A DNA stretch of 63,893 nucleotides, counting the filler, from Salisapilia sapeloensis CBS 127946 (Eukaryota > Protista > Oomycota): NCBI GenBank assembly GCA_023334545.1. It is 4 parts of 4 records of this genome, joined end to end, with 100 filler letters (N's around TTAATTAATTAA, not from the genome) between each part and the next. Parts side by side here need not be neighbours in the genome. Positions count along the whole stretch, not along the records: positions 46,351 to 62,633 come from JAADVB010000354.1; 3 more parts are not named here. The stretch is one strand, 5' to 3'. The notes under the pieces were generated by a model. That model was not told where the DNA came from and made no database searches. It saw only the letters and a list, made by a program, of their open reading frames with translations. The position numbers and the translations under genes were made by a program. Positions within the stretch are counted from its first letter, which is position 1. Each line of letters opens with the position of its first letter. This document shows, piece after piece, positions 46,514 to 57,353 of the stretch.

Positions 46514-48658
46514 ATGATGCTGCGCCGAGCTGCAGTGCGTTGTTCAAGTCGACAATCTGCATTGAAAAGATGCATACCGTCATTTCAATCCATACCTGCG
46601 CATCCTAAGCTCCATGCATCCCAACCATCATGCCAAATTCCAAAGCTAGTGACACCGTCGCACGTCTTCCAGTCACCAGTCTCGTATTTCTCTACCTCCG
46701 TCTCTGAGACTGCTGGCACGAATGACGTCGCATGGCCTGAAGGAGCTGGTACCAAAATGCACAAGATTCTCCGAAGTCTTCCTCGTAGCACAGAGATGCG
46801 CAACCTCATCGTCGAAGCCGGCCTCAATCCGGCTGAATGGTCCATTTTCGCTGCTGGTTTCCGTCGTGCTTTCGTTAAAACACCACAAGAGTTCTTTGAA
46901 GACCAGTCTGAAATTGACGACTTTGCAGACCAAGTCTTAAACCCTTCTTCTCAACCTCGTCAGAGCAAACACTTCATCTTCTACCCTCACCTCCTCCATT
47001 TCGCTAGACAAAACGATTATCTCCAGAACTCGGTTAGTGATGAACAGATGTACACTTTACAAGAGCTTACGGACCTTCGTCTGCCTCACGAACTCTATCC
47101 TCTCGCCACTGCCATGAAACGTAAAGTCATCTACCACGAAGGTCCGACAAACAGTGGAAAGACATACGAAGCATTGCAACAGCTAAAGACTGCAAGTCAT
47201 TCCGAAGACGGAGGCATCTACTGTGGTCCCCTTCGTCTATTAGCACTAGAAATCTATGAACGTCTTAACACTGGTGGCACCTACACTTCTCTCGTCACAG
47301 GACAGGAGAAGCGGATCATACCTGCTGCCACACACATCTCCTGCACAGTTGAAATGGCCAACATCAATCGTCCGTGGGACGTTGCTGTCTTGGATGAAAT
47401 TCAGCTCCTAGGCGACCCACAGCGTGGATGGGCGTGGACTCGCGCTTTCTTCGGACTCCAGGCAAAGGAGCTACATGTCTGCGGCTCGAAAGAAGCCGTG
47501 CCGCTCATTAAAAAGTTCTGTGAAACCACAGGAGATGACTTTGAGCTGCGATCGTATGAACGCCGGTCACCTCTCTCCGTCGCACCCAAGGCACTGCAGT
47601 CGTACAAGCATGTGAAGCCTGGTGACTGTGTCGTTGCGTTCTCCCGTCGTGAGATCTTCCAGATCAAGCGTGAAATCGAGATCAAAACTGGTCTCAAGTG
47701 CTGCATCATCTACGGTCAACTACCCCCTGAGACGCGTAGTCAGCAGGCACGTCTGTTCAATGCAGAGGACAATGAATACAACGTGCTGGTGGCTAGTGAC
47801 GCCGTCGGCATGGGTCTCAACCTCAACATCAAACGCGTCGTCTTCTCAACTGTGAAAAAGTTCTCTGGTCAAGGCGGCATGGCCGACATCCCCGCTCCAT
47901 TGGCAAAGCAGATCGCAGGTCGAGCAGGTCGCTCTGGCGGTCGATATGCCGCAGACGGAGGTACAGCTACGACACTCCATCCGACAGATCTCTCCTTCAT
48001 CAAAGAAAGTGTCGAGGAAGAGCCGACGTCGCTACCTGCAGCCGGTCTCTTCCCATCGTCCGAGCAGATGGAAGAGTTTGCCAAGCAGCTTCCAGGCGTC
48101 ACAGACCTCGGACAGCTACTCGACAAGTACATGCAACTCGCTCGCCTTGATGGTGACTACTTTATGTGCAATCACTTGGACATGAAAGACGCGGCGGCGA
48201 TGCTTTCGGACATTGAGCTCGATCTGTCGGATCGATTTACGTTCTGTATGGCGCCAGTGAACATGCGAAATCCGTTAGCGCGTAAGATTTTCCTCGAGTA
48301 CGCTCGAGCACATGCCAAGGACGAAAGTGTCAAGCTCGATATCTTTTTACCTCGTTTCGCACCACATACTCCAGATGCTCTTCGTGATGTCGAAGTCAAG
48401 GCACAGATCATTGACTTGTACTTGTGGCTATCCATTCGTTTCCCTGATACATTCGTTGAGAATGAACTCGCGATTCAGATGAAAGAACGTGTTTTGGCAC
48501 TTGTCGAACAAGGTCTACTCAATACGACGTACTATAAAGGTCGCAAGAAACGTGTCGTGGCACAGAAACCTCGACGACAGGAGAAACCGAGTGAAAAGAA
48601 AGAACAGAAGGAAGATAAAAGTATCTTCCAACGCATGTGGAATCAACTTTCGCAATAA
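46514..48658 (+). CDS. SUV3: Mitochondrial RNA helicase SUV3
   Basis: R/S-rich presequence; YHEGPTNSGKTYEAL, GPLRLLA, SCTVEM, DEIQ, RGWAWTRA, IIYGQLPPETR, VASDAVGMGLNLNIKR, KQIAGRAGR. Confidence 0.95.
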   Translation: MMLRRAAVRCSSRQSALKRCIPSFQSIPAHPKLHASQPSCQIPKLVTPSHVFQSPVSYFSTSVSETAGTNDVAWPEGAGTKMHKILRSLPRSTEMRNLIVEAGLNPAEWSIFAAGFRRAFVKTPQEFFEDQSEIDDFADQVLNPSSQPRQSKHFIFYPHLLHFARQNDYLQNSVSDEQMYTLQELTDLRLPHELYPLATAMKRKVIYHEGPTNSGKTYEALQQLKTASHSEDGGIYCGPLRLLALEIYERLNTGGTYTSLVTGQEKRIIPAATHISCTVEMANINRPWDVAVLDEIQLLGDPQRGWAWTRAFFGLQAKELHVCGSKEAVPLIKKFCETTGDDFELRSYERRSPLSVAPKALQSYKHVKPGDCVVAFSRREIFQIKREIEIKTGLKCCIIYGQLPPETRSQQARLFNAEDNEYNVLVASDAVGMGLNLNIKRVVFSTVKKFSGQGGMADIPAPLAKQIAGRAGRSGGRYAADGGTATTLHPTDLSFIKESVEEEPTSLPAAGLFPSSEQMEEFAKQLPGVTDLGQLLDKYMQLARLDGDYFMCNHLDMKDAAAMLSDIELDLSDRFTFCMAPVNMRNPLARKIFLEYARAHAKDESVKLDIFLPRFAPHTPDALRDVEVKAQIIDLYLWLSIRFPDTFVENELAIQMKERVLALVEQGLLNTTYYKGRKKRVVAQKPRRQEKPSEKKEQKEDKSIFQRMWNQLSQ

Positions 48659-48679
48659 AAATAAAAAGAGAGACTTTGT

Positions 48680-50614
48680 TCATTCATCTTCACTACTTCC
48701 AGATGAGTCGGCCGAACCTAAGGAAAAGATCGGACGACCGACATGTCGATCAGCAGTGTGACCTCTCGCTGCCACGCGTCCGATACGATCGCCACCACGA
48801 GTTCGCACGCCTGGATGGACGTAGCATCCATGTCGAACACTCTCCTTTTGTAGTTGATCTACGTCGTGGAGAAACACTTCCAACGTCGACTGGCGTGACG
48901 TCTGGTCTGGTCGGCGGGAGGCAACTACGTGGTCAGCGACTTCCTCTCGGAAACTAGACGACAAGAGGTACTTGCAAGAACTAGACGATGGTATCTCTTC
49001 CTCTGTCGAGTATAAAAGTAGAGCCATGACTTGTCGTACACGTGGTGGTAGCTCCACTCGAGCACGTTTAGAGGAAGGTTTTGACGCAGTCAAGTAGCCT
49101 CGGAAACTAGCTCGAGCCACCGATAGAGCTGCGTCCGCGTTCCATGTACTTGTGCTTATGCTGTCTGCATGCTTATCATTCGATCTACCACTTGTCAACG
49201 CATCGACAACCGAAAGAACGTGGAGATCAATCCAGAGATTCGAATATGCAGGTACCATGGCATCCTTTGTCTCTAAAGCTTGTATCACGTCCACTGTCTT
49301 TCGATCTCGTATTATCCGTCGAATATCGGATCGAAACGATAGACTCGATAGATCTTCCTGGCTACTTGTCGTCGGAACATAGGCTTGCATCGCCTGGAAA
49401 GCATGTTCATAGCCGTAGAAATAAAAGTACTCTTGTACCATCTCCTGTAACTTAGCATCATTCTTCCTCTCGTCATCTCGAGATCGGACACACGAAAGAC
49501 TCTTCTGTTGCTCTCGTTCGAGCTTCGTACAAAAGGCATCTAGGTCAAACATCCACTCTTCTTTGTCACCAAAATTTACACGAGCACATTCGCCTTGGTC
49601 ATGCAACGACACAGAAGCTCGTAAATAGTCCATCCAGTCCACTCGGACGTCCGGACTGGTTTCCTGGTCTTGAAAAAAGTCGACAAAGAGCTCCAAGTCA
49701 CGAGATGAGACTAAGCCAGCGACTTCGCCGTTAAGTGTGAAGAAAAAGGTGGCAGTGTCTGGGAGAAAGCCACTGCCGACGATGTCTCCAGGTCCGTATT
49801 TCGGACACTCGAGCAGCTTTTGTCCGTTCGAGACGACGCGACCTGTACGACCAATGTAGGCCAACGCAAGAGGTCCGGCAGAAGAGCCGAGAGGCTCTTG
49901 AAATGTATTTTTATTCTGTACACTACATGCATTGCCATCTCGATTGACACGCTTATCGTCAAAAGGGTCATATGACTGGCTGCTCGTGAGAAGGAAACCC
50001 ACTCGAATGTTATGGGTAAATCGTTTCCGGTCAGGATCCGTGTCGACATCGACGATCCCATCATCCGACGACGTTTGATGCTCCAAGAGTTCGCTTAATT
50101 CTGCTTCTCGAAATTCACTATTGTCGTCTTCTCCGTCAGAATCAATAAGTCGAAATCCGTGGATCGAACCATCAGAGCGAAGATGGTCTCGAACGTGCTG
50201 TCGAGCTCGAATACGCCACGAAGGTTCTCGGCAGGATGCTACGAACTCGTCATTCGTATCTTGTCTGTCGGGATTTATGTGGCGATATGTCGTGGAGCGA
50301 TCATTCTGACTAGATGAAAAGCCGTTGGTGATATGGAGACCATTTTCATCACACTTGGAAGTAGCGAGTACTTTGGTTTCGTAGTAAAAGAATCGCGGTG
50401 GAGAAGTCGATGCGAAAGGAGCTCTTGGAGATAATTTTGACAATGGATGCATCGAACAAAAGCATGCAACGTTCGACGAGTGGTTCGCTCGACCAGTGTA
50501 CTCGATCGTCCGGCCATCTGGATGCAAATGACCTTCGTAGCGATGGAAGCTCGGGTCCATCGTGCCCACGTCGAATACGATTCTACCTGCTGTGGCATGT
50601 ATGACATATTTCAT
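48680..50614 (-). CDS. SPRY-LisH-CTLH protein (RanBP9/10-like, GID/CTLH complex)
   Basis: SPRY FFYYETKV...YGPGDIVGSG...FFFTLNGE; LisH LQEMVQEYFYFYGYEHAF; CTLH FRSDIRRII...VIQAL. Confidence 0.75.
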   Translation of the reverse strand: MKYVIHATAGRIVFDVGTMDPSFHRYEGHLHPDGRTIEYTGRANHSSNVACFCSMHPLSKLSPRAPFASTSPPRFFYYETKVLATSKCDENGLHITNGFSSSQNDRSTTYRHINPDRQDTNDEFVASCREPSWRIRARQHVRDHLRSDGSIHGFRLIDSDGEDDNSEFREAELSELLEHQTSSDDGIVDVDTDPDRKRFTHNIRVGFLLTSSQSYDPFDDKRVNRDGNACSVQNKNTFQEPLGSSAGPLALAYIGRTGRVVSNGQKLLECPKYGPGDIVGSGFLPDTATFFFTLNGEVAGLVSSRDLELFVDFFQDQETSPDVRVDWMDYLRASVSLHDQGECARVNFGDKEEWMFDLDAFCTKLEREQQKSLSCVRSRDDERKNDAKLQEMVQEYFYFYGYEHAFQAMQAYVPTTSSQEDLSSLSFRSDIRRIIRDRKTVDVIQALETKDAMVPAYSNLWIDLHVLSVVDALTSGRSNDKHADSISTSTWNADAALSVARASFRGYLTASKPSSKRARVELPPRVRQVMALLLYSTEEEIPSSSSCKYLLSSSFREEVADHVVASRRPDQTSRQSTLEVFLHDVDQLQKESVRHGCYVHPGVRTRGGDRIGRVAARGHTADRHVGRPIFSLGSADSSGSSEDE

Positions 50615-50693
50615 CCAATCATAGTAATATAAATGTGTTTACTTCCAATCAAAAGAGGGAAGGAGATACGTATTTGATAGCATTATTGCGATT

Positions 50694-51306
50694 ATGACGA
50701 TTCTAGTACTCGTGGCGCTGTTCCTGACGTATGTGACGGCAGATAGTGCTGATAAACGTGCCACTTGCCTCGAACGAGGGTTCGATTCGGATAGTCTAGA
50801 CTGTAAGCTGTGTACGCGTTTCACTGACCAGTTTCTTGCGGATTTATCGGACGACTCGGACCTCGTTTCTAGTCGCAAGGCATTTGTAAGCGAATGTGAA
50901 GACTGCTGCACAGATATTGAAGCCCTCCGCAATGCCGGAATCGATCAAAAGTTTGCAAAAGCTGTACTGGAAGTCTCGCCTCGACGACTTCGACGATACC
51001 CGAAACTCGAGGCTTTCATTAACGAACGAGCTTCGTCCTTTGCTCGTCTAGAAGTTCAGCATGTACTGAATAAGAATCCTCACCTCATCTTCTACGACGA
51101 GCAAGAGGAGGAGCAGGATGATATCAAGTACTATTTCCTTTTCTACTATATACTTCCATGGTTAATAATGGTAATAATTTCTGGATAGTATTGCAAATTG
51201 GGACGAAGATACCGTGACTGAGTACTTGACCGCGAAGTTGTATCCAGAAGACACGGATGCAACTGGCAGTAGTGAAGAAGAAGTGGATAACAAGGAAGAA
51301 TTGTAG
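50694..51306 (+). CDS. SELENOF: Selenoprotein F (Sep15)-like ER protein lacking the CxU redox motif, 2 exons
   Basis: Signal peptide; Cys-rich CLERGF...CKLC...CEDCC; AVLEVSPRRLRRYP aligns with AILEVCGUKLGRFP. Intron 51128-51188, then INIANWDEDTVTEYLTAKL...KEEL*. Confidence 0.8.
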
Positions 51307-51379
51307 ACAGAAATGGATTCGTACTGGTCTTTTACTTGATTCATTAAAGTGTCGTATATAAACACATTCTACCCTAGTA

Positions 51380-52012
51380 TCAAGTCTTTTGATCGTCTAG
51401 TCGCGCCTCATACTCCCGCAGTTGCTTCATAAAACCAGAGTTTGGTCGACACGTTGGACGATCGCGTCGGACAGTAGCGATTGCATCTTGTAATGTCATG
51501 TTATGATGGGCAATAAGGTATGCGATAACAATTGTAGCCGATCGGGAGCGTCCAGCAAAGCAATGCACAAGGACATTGCCACCGTTTTTAACTGCCGTAT
51601 GGATAAAGTGACAAGCCGAATCGAAGGAAGAAGAAATGTCTTCATCAGCGTGATCGGCTACACTTATTCGCAAATACTCAAAGGATTCAGAATAGCTATA
51701 AAGAAAACTTTAGTAAAAGGTACTTGATGGCATATGAAGATAGAGTACACGAATGCAAGCGTATCGGATACACAGACGATATGTGTGATATTGTGATGTT
51801 TGAGACTTGCTAGGTTGTTTGCTGCTCCAAACGTCCCGATGAAGATATTGTCCAGTACACGAATCTATAGTATAAAAGGAATATGTAAGTGCGCGTGGTA
51901 GTCTATAGAATGCAATAGGAATTACAGGCTCAATATCGTCATTAGAAAACCAACTTGCTACTAGTGCCCGACGAGCTTTCCGAAAGGCATTGGTACTCGT
52001 CCCTCCCTCCAT
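51380..52012 (-). CDS. Atypical dual-specificity phosphatase, 3 exons
   Basis: IRVLDNIFIG...SLKHHNITHIVCV, ISVADHADEDI, VLVHCFAGRSRSATIVIAYL, RPNSGFMKQL. Confidence 0.88.
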
Positions 52013-52340
52013 TACTTCCCAAAATAAGCAAGCGCGATGTAGGACTGGCTAAGATGATCGAGAAGAGGTCGTGAGCTTCGTAGGTAGATCGCAATACAAA
52101 TTTTAACACTTGCAATAAGTTGTGTTCTGAGATGATACCAAATGCGTAGGATGACTGGAAGTCTTTCTTGAAGTAGCTGCAGCGCAGTCTTCCTTTATGT
52201 AGATTTTATAAGCACGTGCGGCCTTCATAGACTAAATGGATGTTGTCATAAAGCTAATGTACAATCTCTTTTAAAACGGAAAGTATTGGAAGCTAAATTT
52301 GGCTTTATGGATACTGTTGTAGATACCAACATACAAATTC

Positions 52341-53260
52341 ATGCAAGACCGAGATCCGACGACGTGGCAGTGCCTTCTATGCTCCAAGTGTAATCCAACT
52401 GCCAAAACCGCGTGCTCTTGTTGTGGTCGAGACCGTCAAACGTACTTCCCGAAAGCCATAACTGATGCTTCGACGGTCGCTCCATATCCGATGCACGGCA
52501 ATGCTACCCTCGTCCACGCTTTCCATCCAGATCAAATCACCGCTATGGTAAAAGCTGGGCTAGATTTGGATAAAACTGATGAGGTATTCGTCTATATGTA
52601 TTTCTCAATGTCATGGTAGCTACAATGGTTCTTTGCTGTATAATAGGATGGATGGACAGCAATGCACTGCGCCGCCCATTTAGGTCAACCCAAAGTCGTT
52701 AAAGCACTACTTAATCAAAAGACTAGTTTAATGGAAGCGGAATCTGCTGGTGGATGGAAACCTCTCCATATTGCTGCCGCTAAAGGTCATGTATCTGTCG
52801 TTGAGGAACTCTTATTGGGCGGAGCGGAAGTTGATGTTCGCATGGCAAACGCAGAAGCGCTTACACCACTTCACCTCGCTGCTTTTAATGGCCACAGCCT
52901 TGTTATCGAACTGCTTTTACTTTGCGATGCCGATCCCCTCCAAACTACATGCGGCTCCAAGAGATCCTGTCTCCACTTGGCTGGTAACCTAGCTCTCTAT
53001 TTACAACTCCAACATCTTCCCATTTAACTAAAATGCTTACCATATTCATAGTTATCAATGAGCACGTTGACTGCGTTCGGCTTTTACTCGCCGTAAGAAA
53101 AGAGCTCGCAACTGTATGCGATGCCAATGGCCTATACCCGTATCACAATGCTCAGCTTCTTTCGCCGTTATCCTCCACAAAGAATGAGCTGTTATCTTTG
53201 CTGCATCCGGACCATTGTGGTGGCAAATATGCATCACTACCAGATAGGTTACTAGTCTAA
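52341..53260 (+). CDS. RanBP2-type zinc finger + ankyrin-repeat protein, 3 exons
   Basis: WQCLLCSKCNPTAKTACSCC (W-x-C-x2-C-x3-N-x6-C-x2-C); ankyrin repeats GWTAMHCAA, GWKPLHIAA, ALTPLHLAA, RSCLHLA. Confidence 0.8.
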
Positions 53261-54586
53261 GTAGTCACAAACTCATCCAGTTTCTTGCAGTAAGCAATCT
53301 GCGATTCCGTCATCCCAAGTACGCAGATATTATCGATAGATAGATAAACTAGCCCAATTAGTTGACATAGCTCTCCTGGCAGGGATTTCAGATCTTTGTT
53401 TTCACTTATTTCCAATCTCTCCAGCGTCTTACATCGGCCGATGGAATCCGGTAGCTTAATTAAAATGTTACTGCGAAGATCGAGGCAACGAAGAAGTGGC
53501 AAGTCAAAAATTGAGGAAGGGATAGCAGATAGCTGGTTGTGATGAAGTACGAGCCATTGGAGTGTACTTGCATTCTGTAATTCGTGTGGGATACTTGTCA
53601 GCTTGTTATAGCTAATACGCAGTTCGACGAGGCTCTTACTTCGCCTATCCCATTCCTCCACTGGCAAAGAAGACAACCCATTCTGACTTAAATCCAAGTA
53701 TCTTAGACGATCTTCTCCATTTTTCGAGCCTCCCCAGCTTTTCACTCGGTTATCTGCAAACGTCAAAATCTGTAGCGATGACAGCATTGTCAATATTGAT
53801 GTTGGAAAGTAATCGAGCTTATTATTTGCAACTCCAAAGTTTTTCAATGCCTTTAAGTCTGCAATCGAAGGCGGTAGCTCTATAAGGTTGTTTTTGTCCA
53901 GGAAGAGGGTTTGGAGTTGATTCAACGAACCAATCTGTTCGGGAAGCTCTACGAGAGCGTTGATTGACAAATTGCACACTTGCAAGCTCTCGAGATTACC
54001 AAAAGCCTGTGGAAGAGCTACGAGCCGATTAGTACTCAAGTTTAGTCTTCGGACATTAACAAGACATGGAAATGACTTTGGGAGTTTCTTCAGATGATTG
54101 GAGCTAATGTCCAATGTCTCTAATTTCTGGAGATTGCCAAATTCTCTCGGGAGTCTCTTGAGCTCATTGTTTGCAAGCCATAGGTTTTGTAGCTCAAGCA
54201 AATTGCAAAAGTTGCCAAGTAGTCCTTGGAGCTGATTAAAGCTTAGATCTAACATCTCCAGTCTCTTCAACTCGTGGAAAGAGAGTGGAAGTGTCTGTAG
54301 ATTATTCTCTCGAAGGGAAAGCTTGCTGTCATGATCATGCTTAGTTGCAAATTTTCTATGTAGCTTGTAGATGCACGTACCGTAGTTGCGTGAGACAACC
54401 AAAGCTCGAAGGCAGCGTTGACAAGTGTGTGCTATCTAAAGTAAGCTCTTCAAGATGCAATGCTCGCGCAATGATTGCTGGCGATATGTTTAATACAGGC
54501 ATCTTGCGGATCCGAAGAATGGTTTGATCATCTCGAAGACCTTTCTCGAGTGTCTGTTGCGAACTTGTTGCGACCGAATTGCCCAT
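53257..54586 (-). CDS. Leucine-rich repeat protein with a putative N-myristoylation start (MGNSVATS), 2 exons
   Basis: Many LxxLxLxxNxLxxLP repeats. The 5' exon from ATG 54586 splices (LTQLR|SKLSLRENNL) into the long exon. Confidence 0.85.
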
Positions 54587-54667
54587 GATAGACTTGTTGC
54601 GTTGTTCGTAGATAATGCCAAAGTGGTAACGGATCTAATTTTGATTCACTACACGACCGAAAAGAGT

Positions 54668-55991
54668 ATGGAAAACCAAGCTGAATTAGACTCAGCTAGT
54701 ACTTCTAGTGTCCCAAGCTTTGATGGCGTCGATACAGCAGATTCGTTCAATTCTCCACGACAATTTCGGCATCGAGCAAGAGACCATGACAGCCTTCGTC
54801 GCAGTCTTTGCTCCGATCAAGCCTCCCGAGTCATATTCGAGCTACTTGGTTCACTCATCAACGACAATGATGAAGAGTAAGCTAATCTATGATTACCATG
54901 TTCCGTAGACTATGAGCTCAGTCTTACAATTGATAGAGTGTCCGTAGCAGCTATCACGGAAAAGTTACGAGGCACAACGCAGACACCCGTTCCGACAGTC
55001 GAAACATTCATCCGGTTGTTAGAGCGTAGCAAGGAAACCACGTTACCGATCGACGTAGCACAATCAATATGGACACGTCTAACAAAACGCCGTCGAGCTA
55101 GCTCTGCCATCTCAACCTCGACTATCCGTCATCTCGAAGTATACATTTTCATTCCCTACTCGTACATTGCAAATAGTTCTAAACACGTACATGAAGGGAA
55201 AAAGAAAGCAAACCGAAAGTGATCTTCAATTACTCCAGAATCGAATCTCTCTTCTTGAGGTACAGCCTTTACATTTTCTTTAATCATTTCTTTATTGGTA
55301 ACCGAGAACGTCAATACAGCTAGAAGAAAGTAGAGCTTGGCACAAGATATCCAAGACGAAAGAAAAGGCTCAAGAGATCCTCCACATCCGTCAATCCAAC
55401 TTACAACATAAAGCAGCGATAGACAATATCGAAACCGATCGCCATCGTCATCTCGACGACGAAAAGCAACGACAGCACAGTGCCAGAAAAGAGTCTACCC
55501 TTCGTAAACGTCAGCGAGCTGTCCAAGCTCTCGCTCGAAAGTATCAAGAAGTCGAAGTGATAAAGGAAGAGCGTCGGAAACTCCGTGAAGAACGAGCGCA
55601 GCAACAGCAACAAGCTGTCGCGAAAGCCAAGGAGAGAGCTGAAGCCATCCGCAAACAGGAAGCTGCTTCTCGTTTACGACGAAAGCAACAGTATCAGCAA
55701 GCAAGTGATGCGATTGCCCTGCGTATGATGAAGAAAGCGATTGAAGAGGAACGACAATTACGTGAACAACAGGCAAAGCTTTTCGAGTTAGAACAACGAG
55801 AGAGAAAGATGATCGAGCGTTTAGAAGGCACACAGACACTACAGCAAGAAGCTTTCGCAGTACTCGAACAAGCCATGCTGCCACCTCCAAAGCCTAAAGA
55901 CGCTTCCCTACGATCTAGAGCCCGCCCAGCCACTGCACGTGCACAACTTCGACAAAGTGTTCACTCTGCACGATGCGAAGAGTTCATCTAA
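54668..55991 (+). CDS. Uncharacterised coiled-coil protein, probably 4 exons (one splice uncertain)
   Basis: Introns 54877-54936, 55128-55176 (weak donor, inferred) and 55260-55319 join ...RKQTESDLQLLQNRISLLE|LEESRAWHKISKTKEKAQEI... to a long E/K/R/Q-rich helix. Could instead be two genes (second ATG 55191). Confidence 0.55.
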
Positions 55992-55996
55992 GTAGC

Positions 55997-57353
55997 TTAG
56001 ACGACGACACTGTCACCATCACGGCGTCCTGTCCGTGGCCCCGACCTCGTCCACTCACCTGGTCTATCTGCACCACTAAACAGTGGCATGGGCGGCGGCC
56101 GTGCGTCTGGTCGATCTTGGAAATAGTCCACTCCACCTTGACTCACATGTCCTTTGTTCACATGCATACTCGAAGCAAAGCGTTCTCCTTGCACCATTGC
56201 CTCCAACTCATCCTCCGCCTCGTTCCTCTGACTCCACTCGATCGCTTCTCTCGCCTCTCGCTTCTGCTGCTTCTTTCGCTCATAGCGCAATCGACATCGC
56301 TCTCGCTCCTTTTCCTTCTGCTCTTCCGTCGCATTTGCTCGACGACGTTTACTTCTCGCGGCCTCTCGAGCTTTCTGTTCTTCCGTCGCGTTCCGCCGAC
56401 GCTCTCGACTGCGCACAGCTTCCTGCCGTCGCATACTGACGGATGCCTCCTTCCGACGCGCTCGAGATCGCTCGACATCCTCCTCCTGCTGCTTCTTCCG
56501 CTTACGACGATCGTAGTCTGCTTGCTTCTGGATCGGCGTCTGTGCCTCGCGACGCTTGCGACTGCGTTCTCGCTCGACTCGCTTCGCATCGCCTGGCGCC
56601 TGACCTTTCTTAGACGTCGATGGGTGACTCAAAGACGAGCTAGAGGATACGCTTGACGTAGTCTTTGTAGACGGTGGAGGGGCAGGTAGTTGAGGTGGTA
56701 TAGGAGCTGGAAGCGGTTGATCAGACGATATCGAACGTAGGAACTTGTCGTACGTCCGTGCGTGGGACCGACGAAAGTGGAGGAAGGCTTGACCTCGACC
56801 TAATTCCGTCTGCTCATACACATGTGTCAGGTCTGGTTTGCCTTTGCTACATCTAGGGATTATATTAGTTACTAGTAGATGGAAATGATATGAATACATG
56901 TACAATTTGCAGCTCCAATACTCTTGCTCACAGATCTCACTCCACTTATTATCTTGCATCGCTACCTATAATACACATTGATTAATACACACGTATATGA
57001 ATAGGTAGTAGACAAAACTACCATTCGTTTTTCGGTCGATTTTAATTGCTTAAACCATGCATCAGCGTCTTTGCGTCTTCGAGGTCCAAATCGCATTTGT
57101 TGGTTCTCTTCTTCCGTAAATCCATTAAATCGGTACAAGAGATTCTTGAGATGACAGGATTTAAAGTGCGTCACAAAGTATCTACAAGAAAATGAAAATA
57201 TGAATGATCATCATAGGCACGACAAGACAGAATGCGCTACTTGGGATGGCGAAGAAAGTCAAAGAAATAATTTTCATTGCACTCTTCACAGCGGATGAAG
57301 TTGGCTTTCACAGTCTCAAAGTACTCGCCCATTTGCAAGTGCCGCCATGGCAT
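55997..57353 (-). CDS. Two BED-like zinc fingers + basic helical repeats (putative DNA-binding protein), 4 exons
   Basis: Exons 57353-57241, 57181-57022, 56965-56904, 56852-55997. Finger 1 EYFETVKANFIRCEEC-x17-HFKSCH; finger 2 WSCKLC-x23-HFRRSH. Then a Pro/Ser linker and NATEEQK-anchored 19-aa basic repeats. Confidence 0.65.

Noticed and set aside
50694-51380. Selenoprotein with UGA recoding and a SECIS element
   Set aside because: No in-frame TGA at the Sec position, and the 3' gap to the next stop is only 73 nt with no SECIS recognised.
52046-52055. TGGCTAAGAT match to U2 snRNA (sought as the Utopia target)
   Set aside because: Only 10 nt; the flanking U2 sequence is absent. No U2 gene was seen anywhere in the window.
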